Shown piece after piece: positions 1-10,508 of a stretch of DNA of 64,000 nucleotides. The notes beneath the pieces were generated by a model. The model made no database searches, had not been told where the DNA came from, and saw only the letters and a program-made list of their open reading frames with translations. The position numbers and the translations under genes are program-made. Positions within the stretch are counted from its first letter, which is position 1. Every line of letters starts with the position of its first letter. Origin of the DNA: Tetramitus jugosus (Eukaryota; Protista; Heterolobosea); contig OW569373.1 in the NCBI GenBank assembly GCA_937625935.1, positions 372,001-436,000 of the forward strand. The letters are read 5' to 3'.

Positions 1-3000
1 TCTTGAGAGCAGTTTCCTCTGCCTGAACAGTAGGAAGTGGAAGGAGCATTTTCTATTTGGCAGTGATCATATTGGCAATTATTTCCATAAGTTCCGTTGA
101 GACAGATACACTCATCAATACCAATACAGTATCCACTTCCTCCACAAACACGTTCATCATCTGGATGCAAGCCATTGCAAGTAACCTCCTCGCAATTGCT
201 TCCGGCATAACCATAATCGCATGAACAAGTATCATGGGCGACACACTGACCATTTCCAGAACACACTGATGAGTCGTTTGATGGAGTTGAGTGGCATGTT
301 GTAATTGAACAGTCCTTTCCTGAATAGAATGGATCGCACTCACACTTATCCACACCAACACATGAACCATGGTCACTGCAAGCTCTGATAGAGTCTGATC
401 TCTTGCCGAAGCAGAGAGGATAAGAACAATCAGCTCCTTGATATCCTGGTGCACAACTGCAAGTGTTAGGACCGTAACATGTTCCACTTCCTGAACAAGC
501 AGCACTATCAGTCGAATTCACTCCAAAACATTGAACAACACTGCAATCTGCTCCAGCAAATCCTGGACGACAGACACAAGTGTCCAGATTGGCACATGAA
601 CCATGTCCGGAGCATACCAGAGGACTTCGTTCATTAATTCCATAACAAGTCTTTGATTCACAGTTGACTCCTGCGAATCCTTCCTCACATTTACATGTAT
701 TGGGTCCAATACAGCTTCCCTTTCCACTACATGCTCCTGCAGTGTTGCTCGCAACTTGGAAGCAAGCCATTTGTTCGCAATTGGAGCCAATAAAACCAGG
801 AGAGCAGACACAAGAATCTTTGCTGGCACACACACCGTTTCCATTACACACGCTAGGATCCGTATTGTTCTTTCCGAAACAGGTTGTGAATTGACATCGA
901 TCACCACTATAACCTGAAGGACACTCACACTTATTGGGAGCAGTACATGAGCCATGGCCTGAACACACAGCACTAGAGGTGCTTGCAAGTCCGTAACAAA
1001 CTGGAAGTGAGCAACTTGCTCCAGTATATTCTGCAGAACATTCACATTTGTTAGGTCCTACACAAGCTCCCTGTCCACTACACACACGTGAATCTGTTGA
1101 ATTCACTCCATAACAAGTTAGTGTTTCGCATTCAGTACCCACATAACCAACGTTACATGAGCATCTATCATGTTGAAGACACGATCCGTGGGAGCTACAC
1201 ACAGACTGATTAAGGTTGTTAATTCCGAAACATGTTGTCTGCTCACATCGATCTCCAAAGTATCCATCTGCACAAGAACATTCATTTGGTGACAGACATG
1301 AACCAACACCACTACAGACAGCAGAACTAGTAGCCACAATACCATAGCATACTGGTTGACTACAATCCTGCGATCCATACCCAGGATTACAACTGCAAGT
1401 ATTTGCACCAACACATGTACCTCGACCATAGCATGCTTCTGGATCAGAAGCATTTAAGCCAAAGCAGTATGGAACACTACAATCAAAGCCATTATAATCT
1501 TGATTACACAGGCAAGAATCTGGTGCGTCACAAACACCATGACCACTGCAAGCTACACTTCCGAACTTACCATAACAAATTGCTGACTGACAATCATTTC
1601 CTGTGTAGCCAAAAGCTGGATCACAAGAGCACTTGTTTGGTGCTGTGCAGTTTCCACGGGTATTACATACCTCATTATTGTCATGAGCAATACCGTTACA
1701 AAGGATCAACTCACACTCATCACCATCGTATCCAGATCTGCAAGCACAAGTATCTGGCGCATTGCAAGTTCCTCTTGAGGAACATACCGTTGGATCTGTG
1801 TTGTTCTTTCCATAACACTCAGTTAGTTCACAATTCTTTCCAGAGTATTGAGGAAGACACTGACAGACATCTGGAGCAACACATGTTCCTCGTCCGGAGC
1901 AAACATTGGTATCTCCACTCGTCTTACCAAAACATATTGGAAGTTCACAAGTCAATCCTTTGTATCCATCGGTACAAGAACAAATATCTGTTGCAACACA
2001 CTGTCCTTTTCCACTACAGACTTCTGGATCAGTGAAATTGTAACCTCCACAAGTTCTAGCTTGTCCACAGAATCTTCCCTCGTGACCAACTTCGCACTGG
2101 CAGATATCTTCCTTGATGCAAACTCCATGTCCAGCACAGACACTTGGATCAGTAAATACTAGTCCACCACATGATCGAGCAGCACCACAGCAGGAACCGC
2201 CAAAACCTGGTTGACATGTGCAAGTATTTGGTCCTACACAAGATCCATGACCAGAACACAGTTGTGGATCATTGCTTGTCAGATTGAAGCATACATTAAG
2301 TTCACAATTCAAACCTGAGTACCCAGGCATGCAGGAACAGTTGTCTTCCTGTATACAGCTTCCATGAGAAGCACATACAGAATGATTATTAAAAGCTATT
2401 TCACCACATGTTCTGATGATTTCACAGTTGGAACCAGAGAAACCTTCTGCACACGAACAGGTATCAACGGATAAACAAGAACCCTTGCCACTGCACACTT
2501 GAGGATCTGATTCTTCCAGACCGTGGCAGGTAGAAATTTCACAACGTGACCCAACGTGTCCCGTTGTACAATTGCAGACGTCAGGAGAAGTACATACACC
2601 ATTCCCGGAGCAAACCAAAGGATCGGATGTGTGTTGATTTTGACATATCAATTCTTCACATTGTTCCTTTCCATAACCGTGATGGCATTGACAAATTCCA
2701 TCAACACAAAGACCGTTACCTGAACATACAGAAGGACTGCTTGCTGAAACATTGTAGCATTCACCATTAGAACAGTCTGAACCAATGTAACCAAAAGAGC
2801 ATACACAAGTATCTTGGGAGACACATGATCCTTTTCCAGAACAAACATTGGAACTATTTGCTAGTGTGCCAAAACATGACAGCTGTTGCTCACAATTGAC
2901 ACCTGTGAAAGGAGATGAGCAAGAACAATGATCCAAGCCTACACAAGCACCCTTGCCAGAACATACTGAATGATCATTGAATGCGACTCCATTACATGTT

Positions 3001-6000
3001 CTTGCAATATTACAGGAAGATCCTGAATACCCATCGAAACATGTGCAAGAATCGGTAGAGTTACAAAAACCGTTACCGTTACATGAAGCAGTGGAATTCA
3101 AGCAGTTGTATGTGTATACACCTGACACTGATCTCGGTCTGACCTTCATTATCACAGAAGGAATTGAATAGAGGTTCGTTCCAAATCCTGACCAGATGAC
3201 ACCATTAGTGACACCAGTGTATGTTCCATTCTTGTAAGCTCCATTGAGATTGGAGTAAACATTTCCACTGCTGCTCCACCACCAACCAGCACCATAATAG
3301 TTGGCCATATGTTGATAAGAATATCCATCGTTGTCGGCATCCGTGGTACTGAATAATGCTCCGTTGTGGGCAGTTAAACCGTCTTTTGGATTGAATGACC
3401 CTTCATACGTGTATCCACTGATAGTCAATTTGTATTTCGTGGTTTGAGCACCGACGGCGAAAGTACGATAGTCAGCACTATACCAATTACCTTTGTATAA
3501 CATATTCACTCTTAATTGAGACGGAACATTTTGTGTGATGTCGAACAACTTTTCGTTTCCGAGCCAGTGAGAGCTGGACAAGTCACCAAATCCATCTCTG
3601 TAGTTGTTCCATACTTGATTGAAACCGAAGCAACTACTCACTGGTTCTCTCCTTTGAATGACAGTCCAACCGGAATTGCCGTTTGTATCTCTATCGTCCA
3701 TGTCGCAGTATACTTGATATGGAACAGCATTTCGGGAAGGATTGATCCAGTATACTCCTGAGGGCAATGACATATTTGCTCGCTGTATATCGAAACAAGT
3801 GAGACCAGGGTAAGTTCGATCTGTTCCGAGTGAAATAGATCTCTCACACCAAGCACCCGCGTTTCCAGGTACGCACGAGCAGGAATCCTGTCCCGAACAT
3901 TGTCCCTTTCCGGAGCAAACACTTGTTGATTGAGCGGATTTTCCATTACAAGTTCTACTTTCATGATCTGAACAATCAGTGCCATTGAATCCTGGATAAC
4001 AAACGCATTTATCCTTGTATCCAGAGATAAATTGAGCAGACACATTGTCCAGATATTGATCACAATCACCATTACCACTACAGCTGACTGTAGAGTTCTT
4101 GCAATTAATAGAACGAGGTCTAATCTTCATCACTGTGTATGGCATCGAGTATGAAGCTGTGTTCTTCAATGCTGGCCAAATGATACCATTGGTGATGCCA
4201 GTGTATGTTCCATTCTTGTAAGCTCCATTGAGATTGGAATAAACATTTCCACTGCTGCTCCACCACCAACCAGCACCATAATAGTTGGCCATATGTTGAT
4301 AAGAGAAACCATCATAGTCTCTATCGATAGTACTGAAGTACGCACCATTCTGATTTCCGAGACTATCTTTTGGATTCATTCCGTCTTGATTGTTTCCACA
4401 TACATCTAACTGAGGGTGCACAGAGTCCAAACCGAGAGGATTGACGGTCGAAATCAAACCGCTACCAATCCAATAATTCGAATCATAAGAGAAACCATTG
4501 ACCGTTAGTGCGTAGAGACTAGCTTCACTGGCTACTGCAAATCCTGCGTAATTTGCTTTGTACAGTTGTGAATCGTAAAGCATGTCGATACGCAAGCTCA
4601 TTGAAGATGTAGTTGTCATTTGATACACCTTATCATTACCCAACCAGTGAGAGATACTCACATCACCAAATCCGTCTCTGTAATTGACCCAATTTTGATT
4701 GAAGTTGTAGCAAGAAGAAGATGGCTCTCTCCTTTGAATGACAGTCCATCCAGCATTGCCGAACAAATCCTTATCATCCATGTCGCAATAAACTTGGAAT
4801 GCACCACCAGTCACATTCTTTGGATTGATCCAGTAGATGCCAGATGGCAGTGTGCGGTTAGATCTATGAATTTGGAAGCAGTGGGAAGCGGCGAACAATT
4901 TATCTGTTCCCAGCTGTAGTTTTGTCTGACAGACGTTTCCACCGTATCCCAAATTGCAAGCGCAGATATTTTGGCCGACACATTGCCCATTGCCCGAACA
5001 CACATTTGGGTCGCTGGATTGAAGACCTCCACACATTCTATTAACATTATCAGCACAGTTGGCTCCTATGAAACCAGGATCACAAACACAAACATCTCTC
5101 CACGATGAAATGTAATCACCAGTCAAAGATTGTAAGTAATAGTCGCAGTCTCCATTTCCTGAACAAGACACAGTTCTGTTCTTGCAAGTGTATGATGTTG
5201 GTCGAACCTTCATGGATACATATGTAGGAGAATAGTTCAATGTTCCTTCCAAAGCTTGCCATGAGATACCGTTCGAGACACCAGCATATGTTCCATTCTT
5301 GTAAGCGCCGTTCATATTTAAGTAAACATTTCCACTGCTGCTCCACCACCAACCAGCACCATAATAGTTGGCCATATGTTGATAAGAATATCCATCGTTG
5401 TCGGCATCCGTGGTACTGAATAATGACCCAGAAGATGATGAGAAGGAGTCCTTAGGATTCCAACCATCTACAAGAGCACCACAAGCATTCAACTCAGGAT
5501 GAACTGAGTCTAAAGATAATGGATTGGTTGAGATATGATATCCATTTCCAGTCCAATATTGTTGATCGTAGCTGTAACCACCAATTGTCAACTTGAATTT
5601 GCTTGCCTCATTACCCAAAGAGAAGGTGTCGTAATTGGCATTGTACAATCTTCCTTTGTAATTCATATCGACGCGCAATTGCATTTTTGCGCGGTCTGCT
5701 GTTGTTAAACTATAAATGTATGCATTACCTAACCAGAAGGATGAATTGAGTGCCCCAAAGCCATCTCTATAGTTCACCCAATTTTGATTGAAGTTGTAGC
5801 AAGAAGAAGATGGCTCTCTCCTTTGAATGACAGTCCATCCAGCATTGCCGAACAAATCCTTGTCATCCATGTCGCAATAAACTTGGAATGCACCACCAGT
5901 CACATTCTTTGGATTGATCCAGTACACTCCTGATGAGAGTGTGCGATTTGATCTGTGGATTTGGAAACAATCGAAACCAGGGAATGTACGATCTCCTCCC

Positions 6001-9000
6001 AAGACAAGGCGCACTTCGCAGTAAAGTCCACCATATCCTTTTTCGCATCTGCATGTATCTTGAGCAATACAAGTGCCATGTCCATTACAAACACAAGTAC
6101 TGTTGGCAGCAACACCATCACATGTTCGATACTTTCGATCGGCACAGTTTGGACCAAAGTATCCAGCTTCTTCGTCACAAATGCACATGTCTCTCCACTT
6201 AGTCAAGTAGTTAGGACTTATCCAGTCGGCTAAGGTATCACAATCACCATGACCACTGCAACTGAATGTTGAGTTCTTGCAATTGAATGAACGAGGTCTA
6301 ATCTTCATCACTGTGTATGGCATCGAGTATGAAGCTGTGTTCTTCAATGCTGGCCAAATGATACCGTTGGTGACACCAGTGTATGTTCCATTTTTAAAAG
6401 CTCCATTGAGATTGGCGTAAACATTTCCACTGCTGCTCCACCACCAACCCGAGCCGTAATATTCTGCCATCTGTTGATAAGAATAGCCATCATTATCTGC
6501 ATCTCTTGTACTAAACAATGATCCAGTGTTAGCACCAAATCCATCGTTGGGACTTAATCCATCAATAACACCTCCACATGAGTCAAGCTGTTGATGAATC
6601 TGTTTGTCCTTATTGATTGGATTTGTGGCAGCGTAATATCCACTTCCGACCCAATACTGTCTGTCATAACTGAAGCCTCCAAGGGTGAGACCATATTTGG
6701 CCGCTTCACTATTCACCACAAAAGTATAGTAATTTGCCTTGTATGAATCTGATCCGTAAGTCATATCGACTCTCAACTCCATTCCAGCAGTAGTAGTGGT
6801 CAATAGATTAATTTGTCTGTTTCCTAACCAGTGAGAAGTTTTCAACGAACCAAAGCCATTTCTAAAACTAACCCAAGGTTGATTGAAGTTGTAGCAAGAA
6901 GAAGATGGCTCTCTTCTTTGAATGACAGTCCATCCAGCATTACCAGAAGAATCTACATCGTCCATGTCACAGTACACCTGGAATGCAGTAGAATTATTTG
7001 GATTGACCCAATACACTCCAGATGGAAGTGTTCTGTCTGAACGATGAATATGGAAACAGTGCTCTCCGGGGAAAATGGGATCTGTTCCGAGCTTTAGTTT
7101 CTTTTCACAGGCCTTACCTCCATATCCAACATTACACAAACATCTTTCATGGGCAACACACTTTCCTTTGGAGGAACAAACATTTGGATGACTTGCCGCT
7201 AGTCCATTGCATGACCTCTGATAGTTGTCAGAACAATCAGCCCCAAAGAAACCGAGATCACAAACACAGATATCACGGAAAGAAGAAATTTCCCCTGGTG
7301 TAACAAGAGTAGAATATCTGTCGCAATCTCCATATCCACTGCAAGACATTGTTCTGTTCTTACAAGAGTAAGTATTACGCCTAATCTTCATGACAGAGAA
7401 TGTTGATGAAGTCGAGAAACTTGGCCACATGATGCTATCTGTTTTGTAAGTACCGTTCCTGTAGATCCCATTCAAGTTGGAAGACAGAACACCACTGCTC
7501 ATCCACCACCAACCAGCGCCATAGTAATTTGCCATATTCTGATAAGAGTATCCATCATTGTCCTGGTCGGTTGTACTGAACAATGCTCCATTGTGAACAC
7601 CAAAGCCATCTGTTGGATCCATACCATTCAAATTAACACCACATTGGTCCATTTTTGGATAGATAGAATCCAGCTTCATAGGATTACTTGCAATGGTGTA
7701 GCCAGCAGATGTCCAATACAATGTATCGTAACTGTAACCGCTGACCTTCAAACGATATTTAGTAGCGGCAGGATCGACTGAAAATTGAGCATAGTTGGCC
7801 TTGTACAGCTTCTTGCCGAACTCCAAGTCCATTCTGAGCTCATGGGGAGCCATGTTAGTCAAACTGGAAACCTGTTCATTACCTAACCAGAAGGATGTTT
7901 CTAATGAACCGAAGCCATCTCTGTAGTTCACCCAATTCTGATTAAAATTGAAACAAGAAGTTTCTGGTTCTCTTCTTTGGATAACTGTCCAACCAGCATA
8001 ACCATTTTGATCCTTGTCATCCATGTCACAGAACACCCTAATAACGCCAGTGATGTTGGAAGGACGAACATAGTAGACACCTGAAGCTAATGCAGGATTT
8101 GCTCGATGGATCTGGAAACAATCAGTACCTGGGAAAGTTGGATCAGTTCCCAGTTCGATCATTTTCTCACATCTCTTTCCTGCTGCTCCCAGTTTACATT
8201 TACAAGTGTCTTGAGCTACACAGGTGCCTCTTGCGGAGCAAACATACTTGTTGTTGGCCGCGTATCCATAGCAAGAACGATCTACTCTATCAGAACAATC
8301 AGCGCCAAAATAACCTGCCTCACATGTACAAGTATCAGTCCAGGTAGTTGTGGTTTGTGGAGTAACAGATGTGTCATAGGAATCACAAGATCCGTGACCA
8401 CTGCAACTGACTGTAGAATTCTTGCATTTGTATGAACGTGGTCGAATCTTCATCACGACATCATTCATAGAATAACTATTGTCGGAATTCCAGACAATAC
8501 CGTTAGTAACGCCAGTGTATGTTCCATTCTTGAAAACACCATTGAGATTGGCATAAACATTTCCACTGCTGCTCCACCACCAACCAGCTCCATAGTAACT
8601 TGCCATGTTTTGATAAGAATAACCGTCATTGTCCCTGTCGTACGTGCTGAACATCGCACTATTATGGGCAGAGAAGCCATCTTTTGGATCAGTACCATCA
8701 CGAACAGCTCCACACTTGTCCAACTGCTGGTGAATCTGATTATCTAGATTCAATGGGTTCGTAGAGATGTAGTATCCATTACCTGCCCAGTAGACAGTAT
8801 CATATGAATAGCCAGATGTCGTCAGTTTGTACAAAGTTGCTTGACTTCCGACAGAAAATACATTGTAATTTGCCTTGTAGGCAACACCACGACGAATCAT
8901 GTCGACTCTCAGTTCAAACGAATCTGAACTGGTAATTGAATAAATATTTTCATTACCAAGCCAATGGGATGTGTTCAAGCTACCAAAACCGACCCTGTAG

Positions 9001-10508
9001 GAATTCCAATGTTGGTTAAAATCGAAACAAGCTGTTGAAGGCTCTCTTCTTTGAATGACAGTCCATCCAGCATTGCCGAACAAATCCTTGTCATCCATGT
9101 CGCAATAAACTTGGAATGCACCACCAGTCACATTCTTTGGATTGATCCAGTAGATGCCAGATGGCAGTGTGCGGTTAGATCTATGAATTTGGAAACAATG
9201 TCTTCCAGGAAAATCGGAAGTAGCACCCAATGTCAATCTGGTTGCACAAAATTGTCCTCCATATCCATAATCACATTTACACTTATCGTAACCAATGCAC
9301 TGCCCATGATTAGCACAAACAGATGAATTTGTGGACAATACTCCATTGCAGGTTCTACCAACATGATCTGAGCAATCAGATCCGAGGAATCCAGCATCAC
9401 AAACACACTGATCCAAGTCATTACAGATACCATGACCAGAACAGGACACAGTTCTATTCTTACAATTGTATGAAGCCAAACGAACTTTCATGGTAACCTC
9501 AGGAATGGAATAAGCAAGAGTGTTCTCTCTACCTACCCATACTATACCATTAGTGACACCAGTGTAAGTTCCATTCTTGTAAGCTCCATTGAGATTGGAG
9601 TAAACATTTCCACTGCTGCTCCACCACCAACCAGCGCCATAGTAACTTGCCATATTTTGGTAAGAGTAACCATCATTATCCTTGTTATAGGTACTGAACA
9701 GAGCATTGTTCTGAACTGAGAAACTGTCTTTTGGATCGAGACCGTCCATCTTTTTACCACAAGAATCCAAAACTGGAATGGTAGAGTCACCTTCAATGTA
9801 ACCTGTCGATGTCCAACACTGATCATCATAGCTATACCCAGAAGTAGTCAACTTGTAGTTGGCAACACTGTCACCCACAAAAAATTGGCGATAATTGGCC
9901 TTGTAACCCACACCCTTGTAAATCATGTGGATTCTCAGCATGTGAGACGCTGATTTTGTCAAGATTGAAATCCTGTCATTACCCAGCCAGTGAGACTTTC
10001 CAATAGCGCCAAATCCAGCGGCATAAGTCGCCCAATCTTGATTAAAATTTTGACTAAAAGTCGATGGTTCTCTCCTCTGAATCAACGTGTAACCAGCATT
10101 GCCAAACTCATCCTTATCATTCATATCACAGTACACTCTGAATGAAGTAGTGGCATTGTTTGGATTGATCCAATAGATACCAGAGGGCAACGAGTAGTTG
10201 GCTCTATGAATATGGAAACATGATTTACCAGCATTGGTAGAGGAAGCACCAAGTGCATTATCGAGATACAATTCACACTGAGATCCACCATAGAATGAAT
10301 TACAGTAACAAACATCAGTGAAGGCGCAGGATCCTCGCCCAGAGCACACCACAGAAGCAGTAGAGTCAATGCCAAAGCATTGAACTTGTTGTGAGAACAC
10401 GACATGAGTGTTCAAATTGATCAACAACAGCAACAACGACAACAACAATAGCAAGAAGCTAGTTCTTGTTGTTGTTGTTTGAGCAAAATTTGTTGTTGTG
10501 AAAGACAT
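1..10508 (-). CDS. Giant secreted/cell-surface protein (at least 3,500 aa, 3' end outside window): signal peptide, EGF, 7 fibrinogen C-terminal (FReD) domains interleaved with EGF modules, then roughly 26 tandem EGF-like repeats
   Basis: ATG at 10508 reads [61 protein letters not shown]...KSCFHIHRANYSLPSGIYWINP...RVYCDM...GYTLIQRRE...NFNQDWATYAAGFG...HWLGND. The same frame at the window edge reads ...YCSGRGNCSQ. The ORF track has no stop-terminated minus ORF in this frame, consistent with one open frame. The GWW..SG..YSNLNG-type motif recurs near 9625, 8575, 7505, 6440, 5345, 4262 and 3278. Confidence 0.9.
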   Translation of the reverse strand, partial: MSFTTTNFAQTTTTRTSFLLLLLSLLLLLINLNTHVVFSQQVQCFGIDSTASVVCSGRGSCAFTDVCYCNSFYGGSQCELYLDNALGASSTNAGKSCFHIHRANYSLPSGIYWINPNNATTSFRVYCDMNDKDEFGNAGYTLIQRREPSTFSQNFNQDWATYAAGFGAIGKSHWLGNDRISILTKSASHMLRIHMIYKGVGYKANYRQFFVGDSVANYKLTTSGYSYDDQCWTSTGYIEGDSTIPVLDSCGKKMDGLDPKDSFSVQNNALFSTYNKDNDGYSYQNMASYYGAGWWWSSSGNVYSNLNGAYKNGTYTGVTNGIVWVGRENTLAYSIPEVTMKVRLASYNCKNRTVSCSGHGICNDLDQCVCDAGFLGSDCSDHVGRTCNGVLSTNSSVCANHGQCIGYDKCKCDYGYGGQFCATRLTLGATSDFPGRHCFQIHRSNRTLPSGIYWINPKNVTGGAFQVYCDMDDKDLFGNAGWTVIQRREPSTACFDFNQHWNSYRVGFGSLNTSHWLGNENIYSITSSDSFELRVDMIRRGVAYKANYNVFSVGSQATLYKLTTSGYSYDTVYWAGNGYYISTNPLNLDNQIHQQLDKCGAVRDGTDPKDGFSAHNSAMFSTYDRDNDGYSYQNMASYYGAGWWWSSSGNVYANLNGVFKNGTYTGVTNGIVWNSDNSYSMNDVVMKIRPRSYKCKNSTVSCSGHGSCDSYDTSVTPQTTTTWTDTCTCEAGYFGADCSDRVDRSCYGYAANNKYVCSARGTCVAQDTCKCKLGAAGKRCEKMIELGTDPTFPGTDCFQIHRANPALASGVYYVRPSNITGVIRVFCDMDDKDQNGYAGWTVIQRREPETSCFNFNQNWVNYRDGFGSLETSFWLGNEQVSSLTNMAPHELRMDLEFGKKLYKANYAQFSVDPAATKYRLKVSGYSYDTLYWTSAGYTIASNPMKLDSIYPKMDQCGVNLNGMDPTDGFGVHNGALFSTTDQDNDGYSYQNMANYYGAGWWWMSSGVLSSNLNGIYRNGTYKTDSIMWPSFSTSSTFSVMKIRRNTYSCKNRTMSCSGYGDCDRYSTLVTPGEISSFRDICVCDLGFFGADCSDNYQRSCNGLAASHPNVCSSKGKCVAHERCLCNVGYGGKACEKKLKLGTDPIFPGEHCFHIHRSDRTLPSGVYWVNPNNSTAFQVYCDMDDVDSSGNAGWTVIQRREPSSSCYNFNQPWVSFRNGFGSLKTSHWLGNRQINLLTTTTAGMELRVDMTYGSDSYKANYYTFVVNSEAAKYGLTLGGFSYDRQYWVGSGYYAATNPINKDKQIHQQLDSCGGVIDGLSPNDGFGANTGSLFSTRDADNDGYSYQQMAEYYGSGWWWSSSGNVYANLNGAFKNGTYTGVTNGIIWPALKNTASYSMPYTVMKIRPRSFNCKNSTFSCSGHGDCDTLADWISPNYLTKWRDMCICDEEAGYFGPNCADRKYRTCDGVAANSTCVCNGHGTCIAQDTCRCEKGYGGLYCEVRLVLGGDRTFPGFDCFQIHRSNRTLSSGVYWINPKNVTGGAFQVYCDMDDKDLFGNAGWTVIQRREPSSSCYNFNQNWVNYRDGFGALNSSFWLGNAYIYSLTTADRAKMQLRVDMNYKGRLYNANYDTFSLGNEASKFKLTIGGYSYDQQYWTGNGYHISTNPLSLDSVHPELNACGALVDGWNPKDSFSSSSGSLFSTTDADNDGYSYQHMANYYGAGWWWSSSGNVYLNMNGAYKNGTYAGVSNGISWQALEGTLNYSPTYVSMKVRPTSYTCKNRTVSCSGNGDCDYYLQSLTGDYISSWRDVCVCDPGFIGANCADNVNRMCGGLQSSDPNVCSGNGQCVGQNICACNLGYGGNVCQTKLQLGTDKLFAASHCFQIHRSNRTLPSGIYWINPKNVTGGAFQVYCDMDDKDLFGNAGWTVIQRREPSSSCYNFNQNWVNYRDGFGDVSISHWLGNDKVYQMTTTSSMSLRIDMLYDSQLYKANYAGFAVASEASLYALTVNGFSYDSNYWIGSGLISTVNPLGLDSVHPQLDVCGNNQDGMNPKDSLGNQNGAYFSTIDRDYDGFSYQHMANYYGAGWWWSSSGNVYSNLNGAYKNGTYTGITNGIIWPALKNTASYSMPYTVMKIRPRSINCKNSTVSCSGNGDCDQYLDNVSAQFISGYKDKCVCYPGFNGTDCSDHESRTCNGKSAQSTSVCSGKGQCSGQDSCSCVPGNAGAWCERSISLGTDRTYPGLTCFDIQRANMSLPSGVYWINPSRNAVPYQVYCDMDDRDTNGNSGWTVIQRREPVSSCFGFNQVWNNYRDGFGDLSSSHWLGNEKLFDITQNVPSQLRVNMLYKGNWYSADYRTFAVGAQTTKYKLTISGYTYEGSFNPKDGLTAHNGALFSTTDADNDGYSYQHMANYYGAGWWWSSSGNVYSNLNGAYKNGTYTGVTNGVIWSGFGTNLYSIPSVIMKVRPRSVSGVYTYNCLNSTASCNGNGFCNSTDSCTCFDGYSGSSCNIARTCNGVAFNDHSVCSGKGACVGLDHCSCSSPFTGVNCEQQLSCFGTLANSSNVCSGKGSCVSQDTCVCSFGYIGSDCSNGECYNVSASSPSVCSGNGLCVDGICQCHHGYGKEQCEELICQNQHTSDPLVCSGNGVCTSPDVCNCTTGHVGSRCEISTCHGLEESDPQVCSGKGSCLSVDTCSCAEGFSGSNCEIIRTCGEIAFNNHSVCASHGSCIQEDNCSCMPGYSGLNCELNVCFNLTSNDPQLCSGHGSCVGPNTCTCQPGFGGSCCGAARSCGGLVFTDPSVCAGHGVCIKEDICQCEVGHEGRFCGQARTCGGYNFTDPEVCSGKGQCVATDICSCTDGYKGLTCELPICFGKTSGDTNVCSGRGTCVAPDVCQCLPQYSGKNCELTECYGKNNTDPTVCSSRGTCNAPDTCACRSGYDGDECELILCNGIAHDNNEVCNTRGNCTAPNKCSCDPAFGYTGNDCQSAICYGKFGSVACSGHGVCDAPDSCLCNQDYNGFDCSVPYCFGLNASDPEACYGRGTCVGANTCSCNPGYGSQDCSQPVCYGIVATSSAVCSGVGSCLSPNECSCADGYFGDRCEQTTCFGINNLNQSVCSSHGSCLQHDRCSCNVGYVGTECETLTCYGVNSTDSRVCSGQGACVGPNKCECSAEYTGASCSLPVCYGLASTSSAVCSGHGSCTAPNKCECPSGYSGDRCQFTTCFGKNNTDPSVCNGNGVCASKDSCVCSPGFIGSNCEQMACFQVASNTAGACSGKGSCIGPNTCKCEEGFAGVNCESKTCYGINERSPLVCSGHGSCANLDTCVCRPGFAGADCSVVQCFGVNSTDSAACSGSGTCYGPNTCSCAPGYQGADCSYPLCFGKRSDSIRACSDHGSCVGVDKCECDPFYSGKDCSITTCHSTPSNDSSVCSGNGQCVAHDTCSCDYGYAGSNCEEVTCNGLHPDDERVCGGSGYCIGIDECICLNGTYGNNCQYDHCQIENAPSTSYCSGRGNCSQ

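Noticed and set aside
3140-10230. Recurring near-identical blocks (e.g. aacatttccactgctgctccaccaccaacc) as a CRISPR-like array
   Set aside because: They recur about every 1.07 kb inside a coding frame and encode the FReD GWW motif; there is no repeat-spacer structure and no cas gene.
53-10405. Dozens of short ORF-track entries on both strands
   Set aside because: Off-frame or antisense shadows of the single long FReD-EGF frame.
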